Source of the DNA: Octopus sinensis
Lineage: Eukaryota
Direction: 5' to 3'
DNA: 64,000 bases
Assembly: GCF_006345805.1 (NCBI RefSeq)
Contig: NC_042999.1
Span: forward strand, 157,914,001-157,978,000
The notes below the pieces were generated by a model. The model was not told the origin of the DNA, did not search any database, and saw nothing but the letters and a program-made list of their open reading frames with translations. The translations under genes were made by a program, and so were the position numbers. The number at the start of each line of letters is the position of its first letter. Positions within the stretch are counted from its first letter, which is position 1. Positions 22,560 through 36,414 of the stretch are shown here, piece by piece.

Positions 22560-24170
22560 AAAGCAATTTCGAAAATGTAAACAATGAAAGCCCTTTGGGC
22601 AAAGCAACAGACAATGCGAGTACTAGTAACTACAACATCAGCAACAGCAGTAACAACAACGGCAACAACAACAACATCTGTAGCAGCATCAACAACAACA
22701 ATAGCAAAGGTGACAACAACAACAACAATGATAAAAACACCGAAGGAACAGAGAAACAAACCGGTGCAACGGCTTGGAAAGGCTCTAAACCTCCTTTCGC
22801 TGGAGTAACCAAGTCATCTCTTCAGAGAATACAATTCTCTGAAGAGGAGCTGAAAGATGCCAGATAGCTAGTCGAAAGAGACGGAATAGCTGTAAAGCTA
22901 AGTACCACCTGAGACAACCCAGGATACGAATCGCCGCAGAGTGACGTACTGTACAATCGGTTTAAAATCAAAGAGAGTGGAAAGAGCCATAGAAGCTCAA
23001 ATGCAAAAATCTTTCGGTTCTGTCTGGAATCTAAAGTAATACATACAAAAAGGACGGGGCTATGGAATGGTGGAGGTTAGATTCCACACTGAAGAAGAAG
23101 CCTTATTCCACTCCTTGAATCCCTTCAAAAGTGAATCCCTTCAAATGGTTCCTCATTCAACAAGTGCCACCAGAAATAGCCATTCCTTGGCTAATTGCTG
23201 CAGTGACGTTAGACATCGAGGAAAACTTGAAAATCCTCGAAGCCTATCAGATTGAAAAGAACTGGTCCGGGATGACCATAGAACTCCTCATACAAACGAC
23301 ACAAAAGAACGTGAATCTTTTTCTTGGAGGCAGCATAATTCCAGTCAGGGTAGCTGGATGGAAAGCAAAGTGTCACATTTGCTTTTCAACTAATCATTTA
23401 AAAGCTTTCTGCCCTAGACTGAAGGAAAAAGAGAGAGAAGCACCTCTTCTCCCTACACCAACCACGGTCACCAGAACTCCAGCGACAACAGCAGCAGCAG
23501 CACCGTGACCATCAGCAGATTCAGCCGTGACACCACCGACACCAACAACCATATCGACACCAAGTTTTCCCAAACACTTCTCAGCGCCCGGAGATACGCC
23601 ACTTCCCGATGCAGAGCGGGTAGACATCACAAGTGGAGAGTCGAAGCGCGATGAGGAGTGGAAGTTGAAAACTTGAAAAAGGAAAAAAAAGACAGTAAGA
23701 ACAACAAACATGGACAAACAACAACAACAATCCTCATCCACTCAAGAAGCAGAAAGAAAAAAAATCAAAACAACAAAAGCAAATACACTCAAAAGAAACA
23801 CTGCATCAATACCATCTCCTTTAACACCTGAAACACAAACCATCCCCCACACGCAACCACAACAACAACAATCCCCACACGCAACCACAACAACAACAAT
23901 CCCCACCACAACCACCATAACCACCACCACCACCACCACCACCACCACCACCACCACCACCACCACCACCACCACAGAAACACTACACCAAAATATTTTG
24001 TCACACCCGCGATCTCCTTACCTTCACACATACAGATCATTCAAACAACACGAAACACATACGCAATTAAAAACCCAATTCCTACAGGAAATCGGAGATT
24101 TTCAAGGGAATATCACCAAGAGAATTCTTGGTGATTTACTGTTGGAAACATCACAAGCTAACAGGAGGGA
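22560..24170 (+). mobile_element. L1/Tx1-like ORF1 (gag-like) relic with CCHC zinc knuckle
   Basis: CHICFSTNHLKAFC (Cx2Cx4Hx4C) at 23371-23412, preceded by VPPEIAIPWLIAA; low-complexity Thr/Gln flanks; frameshifted. Confidence 0.6.
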
Positions 24171-24179
24171 CGTTTAAGA

Positions 24180-24440
24180 AACAATAAGAAAATTATGTTT
24201 GTTTTAAAACATGAGATTACATAGAAAGTATTTTGCGTAGGATATGGACAGATCCCATGAGTACTATCTTTTGAATTTCTGCCATTTTGGGGTTTCCTGG
24301 TATCTGAGCTAGGTAGCAATCAACCCCTTTAGCTATCATTCCCAGGGCACCTATGACAACAGGTATTGTTTTAGTTTTCAGGTTCCACATTTTGTTAATT
24401 TCTATTTCAAGATCTTTATACTTGCTCAGTATCAAGAATT
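24180..24440 (-). mobile_element. R4/Dong-like LINE 3' fragment
   Basis: ILSKYKDLEIEINKMWNLKTKTIPVVIGALGMI..IQKIVLMGSVHILRKILSM. Confidence 0.9.
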
Positions 24441-25419
24441 TGTGATGATTCCGCTTTATATGTTGCAACTTACCAGGTGTCACCAAATCACTACATTCTA
24501 AAGGAGCAGGCCAAAGGGCTAGGGGGTCAGAATATGGGCAATGGTAGAGGAATGTGGGAATCAACTGAACGGGAAAGTAGCTAGAGATCCAACTGTTTTT
24601 GCATCTGTGGGTCTTACCGGGGTTACCGAATATTCTTAGTTTGAAGTGAGTGAGCAGATATCGATGGAAGTCGGAAGCAGGAAACCTAACAGTTATAGTT
24701 GCTGAAAAGCAGATCAACCCAGGGTTTTCCGTCTTACGGGAAGTAGTCGAAAGCCGAACCTTCCTCTTTATTACAGTTATAAATGCCTCAGTTACTGCAG
24801 CAATAATAACAATGGAAGTCGCAGCAGCAACCAAAAGTAATAACATCTGCTGCAGGAATAGACAAGAATTTTCCTAAAAATATTTCCCTTCCAAATCAAA
24901 AGCAAGGAAAAACTCAGGTGACAAGATTGATGATGCTAAACAACTGTGATCTGTTGATACGACGATAAATACGCATGCAGTGATAACTTTGGATGGTAAT
25001 CCGGAACTTTGTTTTCTTACCAAATTTCCCAAGGCTCTTGTTTCTAAATAACATTTTTGTGCTTCATTCAGAACTGGAAGTGTTAATTCTTTCGAAACTT
25101 AGTTTTCATCGAGTTTTCATTGAAATGTTTTCCCCCCCCAGCTTTGACGGGAAAAAATAGTGAATACTTTATTGTTAAGCGACATTCAGGACAAAATGTC
25201 GATGAAAACGTCACTAAAGAAAGAAACTTACGAAAGTATTGACAGCTACACGGAAAACACATAAAAAGAAGAAGAGATAAGAGAAAACGGATAGGCTAAA
25301 ATAAATAAATAAAAAGGAAAGAAAAACTTACGTCTTACATCTTGAAAAAAATACCCCAAAACAAGTAAACAAAACGAAGCAATGTTCTGTAGTTCTTTAA
25401 TACGAATGAGAGCAATTTT

Positions 25420-26500
25420 GACAACTTGTTCAATAACAACAGCTGCAACAACAATAAGGCCCGCTGTGCACAGAGCTTCACAAATGCCACGTCCTGTAAA
25501 AAAGTTGTTCGGTCAGTGTATCAGAAATATGTCATGAGGGTCTGTATCTTCTAGTTCGAGAAATTTATTTAAGAGTGTGAAAGGAGAAAGCTGGCATACC
25601 GTCACTTCTTCCTCATAGATGGGACGGTTTGTATGTTCCCAAAGAATGACTTGAGAGTGGGTCTTGTCCGTATGGTGAGTCAGTGCTTAAAGTAATTGTA
25701 TCTGCATGGTTTTCAGGATCAATGGCGAAGCAGAACTGTAAGTAAAGAAAGTCTGATAAACCCACAAGTTTGTACTTATAGTACATGCGCCAGCGTAACA
25801 CAAGGGTGGTGATCAGGGACATTGGCAGCAGTATCAACCGCTGATTCATTGGCCTTTATGTAGTGCAATATGAGTGAATAGCGGAGCGCAAGGGTAACAA
25901 TGAAAGATATCTTGGGGCATGGATCAGAAATTATTAGCAAGTACTTGTAACTTCTTTAAATCCCGGAGTCGTTCAGGTACCGTTTCATTGTGGGTGCAAA
26001 AACGCGTGCAATGCGACCAGCGGTGTTGTGACGTAGTAAAACTTTGCTATCGGCGGTGGAGTAACTGGAAATGTTTTGGCGATGTCTCTTGTAATTCCAT
26101 TGCAGATACTACTGCCTTGTATCTGTTTTGTATTTAAATGTGTGATATTTTAAACAACATAGCAAATCAGTGCACAATCATGGTCCAATGATACAATAAT
26201 CTGGAATGGAATTGGATTGAATTAGTCCAACTAGTTCCACGTTCACTGCAGATACTTTTAATAATAGTAGTGGTAACGGTACATCTACATTGACATGGTC
26301 AAAGGGGACAGATTTCCACTATTTGTCAGTGCTAAGACCTTGCTTATTAACATGAACACCATGGAATAACACTTCACGTTTACAAATCAGTTTCACAAAC
26401 TTTTCCAAGGGCAATGTGATATTATTTCTGTATCGCTTATTGTGCAATTCATGAGATCATCTTCACAATAATATGCATCAATACTACAGAGGAGGCTATC
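25420..26500 (-). pseudogene. Possible Ty3/Gypsy pol relic (RT end/RNase H/integrase HHCC)
   Basis: Weak degenerate motifs (LFHGVHVNKQGL; LHYIKANESAVD; IEQVVK.CSH) across frameshifts. Confidence 0.4.
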
Positions 26501-26561
26501 CGTCTTATTACACACATCTAGTGGTATCTATTATAGGGCGTAAAATTTGTGAGAAAAAGTA

Positions 26562-27083
26562 CCGTAAATCCTCGAGTATAGTCCGCCCTTGAGTATAATA
26601 CACAGGGGATTTTTAGGAGGCTGTACCTCTGAAAAACCTAAACCTTGTGTATAATACGCACCCCTTCTCTAACTTGAGTCGTGCGTAATTAAGCCAGCAG
26701 CACCTAGTCAAACAAACACTTCCACGCATGCGTAATACAATAATGATGATGTTCTTAACTGTTATATGGGAATGTAAATATGTTTGCAAATTGTTTTTGT
26801 TACATGTTATTCTGTGTTCTGAATACTTTTTATTTTAATAAATGTTGCTTACTGCAAGTTATGGATGATTCTTTTATGATTTCATTGCTTTTGGGCTTAG
26901 CTTAAGGTATTTTCGCGCCCGACATCACAAAATGCGTCTGAATAAACATTGTCGGACAGCAAATAGAGACTCAGACATTGCTTAGAAAATATTTTTCATT
27001 TTTAACCTCGTATATAGTACGCAGTAGGGATTTTGACCTTTAAATTTTAGGAAAAAATGCGGATTATACTCGAGGATTTACGA
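26562..27083. mobile_element. pogo/Tigger-type MITE
   Basis: TA|ccgtaaatcctcgagtata ... tatactcgaggatttacga|TA; subterminal gtata(a)tac repeats; no ORF. Confidence 0.8.
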
Positions 27084-27959
27084 TAAGATATTATGTTGTT
27101 GCTTGCGTTTTAGCACCTGAGAAAAGATGGGTCATCTATTCAGCTACGTAGTTTGTATGGGTCATATGATCATTTCTAACGAGAATCTATTGTTATTTTC
27201 CTTGAAGTTAGACTCTGTCCGTTTCTCTGACTATGAAATGCTAATCGAATTCCATTATGAGCATTCAGAACTTTCTAATTCTTTATAAATTCGAATGATG
27301 TCACCTTACATATATCCTTAATGTATGGTTGTTTGATGTTTATCATAATTCTGCAGGCTGTCTACGAACACCTTACCACCAGAAGGAAAGTATATTATTT
27401 CTTTATTTTTATTCTGTTATATCAGCCAGCTCCTTTTGTTATTAATGTCTGAGTTCAAATTCTGCCGAGGCCGACTTTACTTTTCAAGCTTTCGGAGTCG
27501 ATAAAATAAGTACCTAGCATCTTTGTTTTTGTCCAGGAATGCATTCTCAAAAACTCCGGGGATTTTAAAAACTCGCCAACAACTGATTTTCTACTGATGT
27601 AGAAGAATTATGACAATAACATGTTCAGAGAAGTGCGATGAATATTCGAACATCTTAAAATTTAATGAAATTATCAGTTTTCCGAAGGATTTTCTTAAAC
27701 TATTAGTTATTTCATTTTGTGGTGTGGTAATTCTAAAACTTTATCATATTAAAACTGTTCCTCGACTCAAACGGCCATGCAACTGATGGACACGTGGTGT
27801 GTACTTTACAACATATAGCTTTCATGCTATCATAGTTACTATTCACTGGCCCTCAAAACTAAGGGATTGCTGTACTGATACAGCCTCATAACATAAAACA
27901 TTACTATCAATGGAATATATAAACCATCCAAACTTCATTCACGTTACAAAAAAGAAACT

Positions 27960-28620
27960 ACGGTGAACCCAGTAGTAAACAGACGAGATGCCTCAAAAAT
28001 CAGTGTTTCACAAATGTGACAGTGCGACAAAATGTGGAGATGAGTACTTACTGAGAGATGGATATGACGAATTCTAGGGACGCGTAAGGGAAGAGGAATG
28101 ACAAGGAAACCAATGCCATCATTATCAGTGACATCTGCTGTAGAGTGTATTAGTTTTCAGCCCTTGCATGAATTCAGATATCGAACTTTCTCCTCACATC
28201 TAGTTCTGTGTTCTTGAATGCCGACGGCTGCGATGCTAAGTCTGCCTGCCTCTGCGGCCAGATATCCTTGTCTCTTGAGTGAATTTAGCGTACGAGTATT
28301 GAAGGAGACCAAAGGAGTGTGTTGTCTCGGGTTAATCAGAGGCGAGTCGGTTTTTTGGTGAATTCAAAACCTTGGATGAATCCAAGGGTTGTCGTTGACC
28401 CCTGTAGTATTCATTTTGCCAGGTCCAGAAGAGTTTACCCAGATCCGATGGAGACCTTGCTAAACCGGGCGAATGCTGGTCCCTTACGGTGGTCCAACAA
28501 TGACCACTAGACGGCACATACACTCGACTTCTACGCAAGGCCTTTGACTTCTTTGATGACCTCCATATATCAAGCATGTCACTATATAGACCTTTATCGC
28601 CCATCAATCAGACAATCAAA
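27960..28620 (-). mobile_element. RTE-clade LINE 5' part (5' UTR and APE endonuclease start), decayed
   Basis: LVSFNTRTLNSLKRQ..IAAVGIQEHR..DGIGFLV matches the APE N-terminus (xFNVRTL..IQEHR..GVG). Confidence 0.7.
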
Positions 28621-29403
28621 GACAGCTAAAATTCGCAGACCACTGATTTCCTTGAACAGAACAACCAGTTACAGCGTTTTTTTCCCCCTATAAACATGTG
28701 GAATCGCTTAAGTCTGGTTGTGAAGCTCACGTGACGCCTGTCCGTGAACTTATGTGGGATATAACACTCTGTACCGTCTCAATCCTATGTCCCACGCGCA
28801 ACGTCATCTCGCATAGTCGAGCTGGAGTTGATGTCCAGGAGCGATGTAGCGAAAACCAAGTGGAAGTAAATGTATAACTATCACTTCTAGCTTGAGCTCT
28901 GCTATGGTGTGAAGCAGCATTGATAAAGGCATCTCCTTTCGATAAATCATGATATTTGCAATGTAGTGTATCGTGAGCGTGGGTTTGAAGCTTCTGCTTT
29001 AAAAATTACTAATAGAAAATCCAAACAACTACTCGCCTACGATCATACAGCGCAATACAAGCAGTATTAGCAGATGCATGTCTATCTTACTGAAAAGATA
29101 ATATTTAATAATAATGATTCATGGGACAATGGACCTCTTGCTGATACTAATAATATCAAGCTGAAATATACATAATGAATAGAAAAAAAAACGTTTTAGT
29201 TTTCCCCATATTTCAAATGTCTCCACAAATGTTCTTCTTGATCATTCAGAAACTGAGCAAAATTCTTAAACATGAGCTTAAATATAAATCTCTTATAGCA
29301 ATCATAACAGTATTAACATTACAGAAACAATCCAATTTCTCAAAAATAAACCAGCATCACACAATGCGAATACGCAACCCTTCGGAAATAAATGCATGCA
29401 AAA

Positions 29404-29540
29404 TCTTTATATATAAAAGTGAAGTTGTGTGTCTGTCTCCCACGATTTAGATTCCTAACTACTCCCACATTTTGCGGTGCAGTTTAACCAAAACCGGGTA
29501 TCTTATAGTCGTGATTCATATCGAGCCCTTCTGGGTATTA
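29404..29540 (+). mobile_element. Helitron 5' fragment
   Basis: A|TCtttatatataaaagtgaag..gagcccttctgggtatta, truncated. Confidence 0.75.
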
Positions 29541-29576
29541 TATATATGTATATATATATGTGTGTGTATATATACA

Positions 29577-29654
<78 letters not shown>

Positions 29655-29657
<3 letters not shown>

Positions 29658-29885
29658 ATATAAGTGTGTGTGTGTGTGTGTCTGTGTGTGTGTGTTTGTC
29701 CCCCCAACATCGCTTGACAATTGATGCTGGTGTGTTTACGTCCATGTAACTTAGCGGTTCGGCAAAAGAGGCCGATAGAATAAGTACTAGTCTTATAAAG
29801 AATAAATCTTGGGGTCGATTTTCTCGACTAAAGGCAATGCTCCAGCATGGCCACAGTCAAAATTACTGAAACAGGAAAAAAGAGT
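29655..29885 (+). mobile_element. SINE family B, 3' half
   Basis: Family B homology. Confidence 0.8.
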
Positions 29886-30367
29886 ACTGAAATAGGCGTG
29901 CGTAGCGGTTGAGGGCAGACGGCTAAGATGATACTTGTATGTTGCAGAAGACCGTTTAAGAGCTTTCTGCATTCAATAAAAACAAGAGGAGCCTCTTCCC
30001 CCACTACGTCCTATACCACAGCCCCAACAACAGAAGTGTACTGCTATAACAGCAACAACAGCAGCGACAATAAGAATAATAATAGCAGCAGCACTAATAC
30101 TAAGAGTTGCAATAGCTGCATCAATATAAAAAATTGCAGCTGCTTCTGCAAAAAACCTACGGTAGCCGTACCAATACTAGCAACGACAGCAAAACTACCA
30201 ACAGCAACAACGATTGTTACAACAGAACCGAAACCTGCCACATACGAAAAAATACCCCCACCTCCGTTCACAAAATAAACTTTCCGACGCGGCTACTTCA
30301 CCTTTGCGAAGGCGAGAAACAATCAGGAAAATAAGAAAAAAAAATCCAAATAGAAGAACAATAAATA

Positions 30368-30763
30368 TCTTTATATATAAAAGTGAGGTTGTGTAGTGTC
30401 TGTCTCCTACGATTTAGATTCCTAACTACTCCCACATTTTGCGGTGCAGTGTAACCAAAAGCGGGTATCTTATAGTCGTGATTCATATTGAGCCCTTCTG
30501 GGTATTAGCGCGCGTCTACGATGAGTCTACGATTAAACAAAAAATTACCATCATTTTTCCCATTTTTAATGCATTTTTTTGCTATTATATAAGGGAAGTA
30601 ACTCTCTAAAAATGTATTATTAAATCTCAGAACGTAAAAAGCTACAGTAATACCTCCCTTTATGGTTAGCCATATTGAGATGGCTATTATACTTTACATC
30701 TCTAAAAATGCTTATATAGTTATTTCCCTTACAAACCCGAGCAACGCCGGGCGATACTGCTAG
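30368..30763 (+). mobile_element. Non-autonomous Helitron
   Basis: A|TC ... hairpin ... CTAG|T. Confidence 0.9.
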
Positions 30764-31012
30764 TTTTTAATAAAAGTAATATTTACACTAAACGAACCAC
30801 GGTCCGGTAGAACTGCTCAGCTTATGAAAATAAGACATTTGTACTCAGAGCTAGAGCCAGTTTCAGCCGGGTTAATATTGAAAGGGTTAAACAATGATGA
30901 TAGTGATGATTATGTCCAGATCTCCAATTTTTTTGTGTGTATGTGTGTGTGTGTGGGGGTTTGTGTGTGTGAGTATATACTCACATATTAGCAGATGCAC
31001 CCAGCGATGCTG

Positions 31013-31785
31013 CGGTGACGAGCTGGCAGAAACGTTAGCACGCCGGGCGAAATGCGTATCCGTGTTTCGTCTGCCGTTACGTTCTGAGTTCAAATTCCGC
31101 CGAGGTCGACTTTGCCTTTCATCCTTTCGGGGTCGATAAATTAAGTACCAGTTACGCACTGGGGTCGATATAATCGACTTAATCCGTTTGTCTGTCCTTG
31201 TTTGTTCCCTCTGTGTTTAGCCCTTTGTGGGTACTAAAGAAATAGGTATTTCGTCTGCCGCTACGTTCTAAGTTCAAATTCCGCCGAGGTCGACTTTGCT
31301 TTTCATCCTTTCGGGGTCGATTAAAATAAGTACCAGTTACGCACTGGGGTCGATATAATCGACTTAATCCGTTTGTCTGTCCTTGTTTGTTCCCTCTGTG
31401 TTTAGCCCCTTGTGGATAGTAAAGAAATAGGTATTTCGTCTGCCGCTACATTCTGAGTTCAAATTCCGCCGAGGTCGACTTTATCTTTCATCCTTTCGGG
31501 GTCGATTAAATAAGTACCAGTTACGCACTGGGGTCGATATAATCGACTTAATCCGTTTGTCTGTCCTTGTTTGTCCTCTCTGTGTTTAGCCCCTTGTGGA
31601 TAGTAAAGAAATAGGTATTTCGTCTGCCGCTACGATCTGAGTTCAAATTCCGCCGAGGTCGACTTTGCCTTTCATCCTTTCGGGGTCGATAAATCAAGTA
31701 CCAGTTGCGTACTGCGGTCGAACTAATCGACTGGACCCCCGTCCCAAAAATTTCGGGCATTGTGCCTAGAGTAGAAAAGAATATT
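31013..31785 (+). mobile_element. SINE family A head plus four tandem ~184-bp bodies
   Basis: Unit starts at ~31061, 31245, 31430 and 31614; each keeps a B box; junction aaagaaata|ggtatttcgtc. Confidence 0.9.
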
Positions 31786-32146
31786 AAGACTGAATACTCG
31801 CTGATAGCGACAAAAGTCGCCTTTGTAACGAATATTGATTAGCATATCCAACCTCAAGTACGTTGTTTAGAACGTTGAAAACTGCGGTGAACGTGCCGAG
31901 AAATCATCACACACAGACACACACAGACAAACACACACACACACACGCACACACACACATACATACATACACACACACGCACACACACACATATACATAT
32001 ACATATATTCGACGGGTTTCTTTCTGTTTACATACACAAAATCCACTCAAAAGACCTTGACTGGTACGGGGCTATAGTAGATGATAGTTGACCAAGTTGC
32101 CGCGCAGTAGGGCTGAGCCTAAGGTCACACGGTTGATAGTAGTATA

Positions 32147-32526
32147 GGAGCACTCTGTCGGTTACGACGATGAGGGTCCCAGCTGATACGATCAACGGAA
32201 CAGCTTGCTCGTGGAATTAACGTGTAAGTGGCTGAGCATTCCACAGACACGTGCACCCTTAACGTAGTTCTCGAGGAGATTCAGCGTGACACAGAGTGTG
32301 ACAAGGCTGGCCCTTTGAAATACAGGTACAACAGAAACAGGAAGAAAGAGTGAGAGAAAGTTGTGGTGAAAGAGTACAGCAGGGTTCACCACCACCCCCT
32401 GCAGGAGCCTCGTGAAACTTTAGGTGTTTTCGCTCAATAAACACTCACAATGCCCGGTCTGGGAATCGAGACCGCGATCCTACGACCGCGAGTCCGCTGC
32501 CCTAACCACTGGGCCATTGCGCCTCC
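32147..32526 (-). mobile_element. tRNA(Arg-like) SINE family C, nested in a diverged family B copy (~31985-32560)
   Basis: Head ggaggcgcaatggcccagtggttagggcagcggactcgcggtcgtaggatcgcgg..gattcc. Confidence 0.9.
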
Positions 32527-33276
32527 ACACATGGTTGATAAGCAGGCTCCTAAACACATTGACACGCCTGTACGATTTAAGTAATGGGAAAATCTGCGTT
32601 CAATATGATAAAAATAATACTGCAGCAATGAAGTTTTACTGTTGTCTATTTTGATTCAGTTTTCAAATCACCGCCATCAACACCATCCATCTTTGCTCTC
32701 ACTCTTCTTTCATGTGTGTCTCTCGTTTACCAACTTTCTTTCTTCGTCTCTCTCTCTCTATTCGTCTAATACAGAGAGTGAGACAAAAGAGACAAGAAGA
32801 TATAAGAAGGGGGAGCGTGAGAGAGAGAAAGAGAAAGAGAGAGAGAAGATAGAAAGATTAGAGAGACTGTAAGAAGAAGAAAAAAAAAAGAGTTGGACGT
32901 CGCACAAACGCGTCACCATCATCATTACTATTGCTATTCTTCATCTCTCCTCTCCATCTATATCACTCTCTTTTTATTTGTGTCTATTAGTGTCTATGTT
33001 CCTCTATTCTCTTATGCCAAAAATAAAAACGGGTAAGAGTGAACGGAAGGCAGATAGCGAGGCAGTGACAGAGAGAGAAAGCGAGAGAGAGGAAGAAAGA
33101 AAGAGAGAGAGAGAGGACGAAAGAGAAAGAGAGAGAAAGACAGATAGAATAAAAGTGGGAAAAGCAATTGGACGTCATACATGTAATACTATCGTCATGA
33201 TTACTCCTCTCCCCCGGTTTGTGTTTATCGGTTCACGTGTTTCTCACATTCTCTATCACAACGCTATCACCATTCC

Positions 33277-33325
<49 letters not shown>

Positions 33326-33606
33326 GAGAAATTGAGAGTTAGAAAGAGAAAGGAGGAGAGAGAGAAAGAAAAACAGAGACATAAAATTTGAAAGAACCGT
33401 TCCATCTCAACTGCTGTTTATCAAGAAAGGCGATTATTCGCGTTTCTTGATAAACAGTACAGGATGGTTTGATCGTGATTTGACTGCTACTTGTCAAATT
33501 AAAAATTATTCAACTTCCCTGTGAGGTGGCAAATAACAATATATTTGGTTTCTGTTATGTTCATGAAGTTTCTGAATACTAGGCAGGGAAATATAGACAA
33601 ATCACG

Positions 33607-33770
<164 letters not shown>

Positions 33771-33869
33771 TGACTCAGGTCTAAATATATATGCATTATG
33801 TTACGCATGCATGTAAGCACCAATGTGTATATGAGGATAAGGTTGCGTACACATATAGAAGTATATATA

Positions 33870-33902
<33 letters not shown>

Positions 33903-33904
33903 GG

Positions 33905-34095
33905 GAGAGTTTACGAAAAAATCAAAAGACGAAGACAGGTGGTGTATATAACAAACAGATGTATTAGTATAACACTCGGGAAGTGAAAAAGTTATTAGCG
34001 TTTCGAGCCTACGCTCTTCCACAGAAAGGAACACAGAAAGAAACAAGGAGAGAAAATATCGAATGTGTAGTGGCTAGAGATCTATCATGGCGAAT
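33905..34095 (-). mobile_element. Penelope-like terminal repeat (same family as 6395)
   Basis: Homology including ctgtggaagagcgtaggctcgaaacg. Confidence 0.6.
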
Positions 34096-34685
34096 GCCGG
34101 ACAGAAGGGTCACACAGGAGAGCTAGGGAGAAGGGGGGATAATGTAGTGGTGATCCAAAAACGAAGGTGTGCGTGCGTGTTTATAAGAGACTTTGTATGT
34201 GCGTGTTGAAGAGGGCTGGTGATCTTGACGTGTGCGTGTGTGTATGTGTAGGTGTGAAAATGTCGGTCTGGGAAGTGGTCAGTGCTGATGTGTGCGTGGT
34301 GGTGTTAGTAGATCTGTTATAATTTAACGTTGTGACAATCTAATTAGAGACAGTGTAAGATAGACGTATACAAAGCGATATAGGATTAGCTCTGTAGAGT
34401 AGAAACAGTTACTTTTAAAAGGGAAATAATGAAAAGGTATGTCTGTAGGCTGAGTTTGCCTCTATATGTTACTCAATTTAGCGTTAGTGCAACAAGTTTT
34501 AATCATCAGTTCTTGGAACTGAGGGAGATGTAAATTTTTATTTATAGATCGGGTTGTTACTTTTAGCTTTTAGCTTCGGTAGCTCGACCGTAATCAGAAA
34601 GTGTAGAGATAAGTTAATATTTTTTTAACCATGAAAATCTGAATTGGTATTGTATTGATTTAGGGTTTGTATATGAGAGGCGGTT

Positions 34686-35045
34686 GGATGGAACCTACAC
34701 TCGCCTCCTTATGAGAGCTCAAAATCTCTCGTGGAAGCGTCATCCAACGAAAGTACAAATATATGGGTAACTACCACCTGTATCATCTCTTGTGAAAGGT
34801 AGGAGAGTCCAGTTTGCTGGACATTGTTGTAGAGCTGAAAACGAGAGAATTTCTACTCTTCTCCTCTGGAAGCCATCTACTCGCGATACCAGAGGGCGCA
34901 CACTCTCCTACCTTGATGTAATCTCCAGGGATACAGGCATCCAGCAACAGGACCTCCGTATTGCTATGATGGACCGTGAAGTCTGGCGTAGCATAGTAAA
35001 TTCCATTGTCTCGACCACGGTCGAACAATGATGATTATGATGATG
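34686..35045 (+). mobile_element. RTE-like LINE 3' end with (GAT)n tail
   Basis: DGTYTRLLMRAQNLSWK..RRVQFAGHC..LLLWKP..RGR..DREVWR; near-identical copy at 57828. Confidence 0.85.
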
Positions 35046-35496
35046 AGTAAAAGCATATTTGTTTGTATGGAGATGCGTTTAGTCGAAATTTGAGTCAATG
35101 AATGACCTTTCAGTAAAGGATTGGCATTCGTTTTAAGTATTTAATTGCTTTAAAGGATTTTATCAATCAACAAACACAAACGTTCCAGAAGTTTATCATT
35201 TAAGTATATACTAACATGTTCAGACATGCAACTCTATGCATGAAAAGGCAAACATCAAACAAAACATACACAAAACATACATTGATAAATAGGCTTAGAT
35301 TGAAGAATATGATTTATAAGCATATGAAAATACAAGGGCTATACTGTTTTTCAATTCTGGAACAGGTATTAACGAAGATTATTGCCTCGTTTATAATAAA
35401 CTTATCTTTCAGGAGCAGATGCATCGTGGAACAATGTATCTGTTTGGTGATTCGAAATGAGGTGAATGTGCTTGTATACGCACGCACGCACATGCA

Positions 35497-35541
<45 letters not shown>

Positions 35542-35830
35542 ACACACACACACACACACTTACACACACACATACACACAGAGGCACAGACACACACGTA
35601 CGAACGTACACACATATATACTGGGCCAAAGCCCTAGTAGATTAGGGCAAATGCTCGTGGATAAGCTGCTTCAACCGTTTCTTATTTAACTCAAAAGTCG
35701 GCCGCAACACAAGAACTCTGTAAGATCGAATTACCCTTCGTCGAAGCGTGAACACACACACACATACATATACATACACACACACACACATATATATATA
35801 TACACACAACACACACACACATATATATAT

Positions 35831-35864
<34 letters not shown>

Positions 35865-35899
35865 TATATATATACATATATAAATATACAAGTATATTA

Positions 35900-36414
35900 T
35901 CTATATATATAAAACTGTAGTTGTGTGAGTGTCTGTCCCCTTCGATTTAGATTCCTAACTCCTCCCACATTTTGCGGTGCAGTTTAACCAAAACCGGGTA
36001 TCTTATAGTCGTGATTAATATCGAGCCCGTCTGGCTATTAGCGCGCGTCTACGATGAGTCTACGATTTTAAAAAGAATTTAACATCATTTTTTATTCCAT
36101 TTTAATGCATAATTTTTCGTGTGTCGATGGCGGCGGAGTTGGCGTCCATGGTCACAGCTGCACCTGTGTTTGCTTCTCCCCCTTCTTCCCTCCCTCGTGA
36201 AGCTGTGGGGAAGGGAGTATAAGGAAATCAACGTCGTAAAGCGTTGTCAAGGAGACCAGCATTCTTTTAGAACAACGACTTCATGGCTTGAAGACACCAA
36301 AACAGAAATGGCTAAGAAAGCCCGAATTGGCATCTATAAGGGAAGTAACTCTCTAAAAATGCTTATATAGTTATTTCCCTTACAAACCCGAGCAACGCTA
36401 GGCGATACTGCTAG
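35900..36414 (+). mobile_element. Non-autonomous Helitron, variant with alternative internal segment
   Basis: A|TC ... CTAG|T termini; ~36115-36335 is not shared with the other copies. Confidence 0.85.

Noticed and set aside
24217-24846. 209-aa ORF as a gene
   Set aside because: Chimeric: only the last ~70 aa are LINE RLE; the rest is antisense to other TE sequence.
28320-28640. HDV-like ribozyme expected at the RTE 5' end
   Set aside because: I could not build a convincing P1-P4 double pseudoknot by eye; an HDV covariance-model search would be decisive.
31013-31785. CRISPR-like or satellite appearance of the 184-bp repeats
   Set aside because: Units are SINE bodies with no unique spacers; eukaryotic context, no cas genes.
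32440-32526. tRNA gene calls for SINE heads (also 52000-52080 and 62237-62310)
   Set aside because: tRNA-like A/B boxes continue into SINE bodies, and no complete cloverleaf with acceptor stem was seen.
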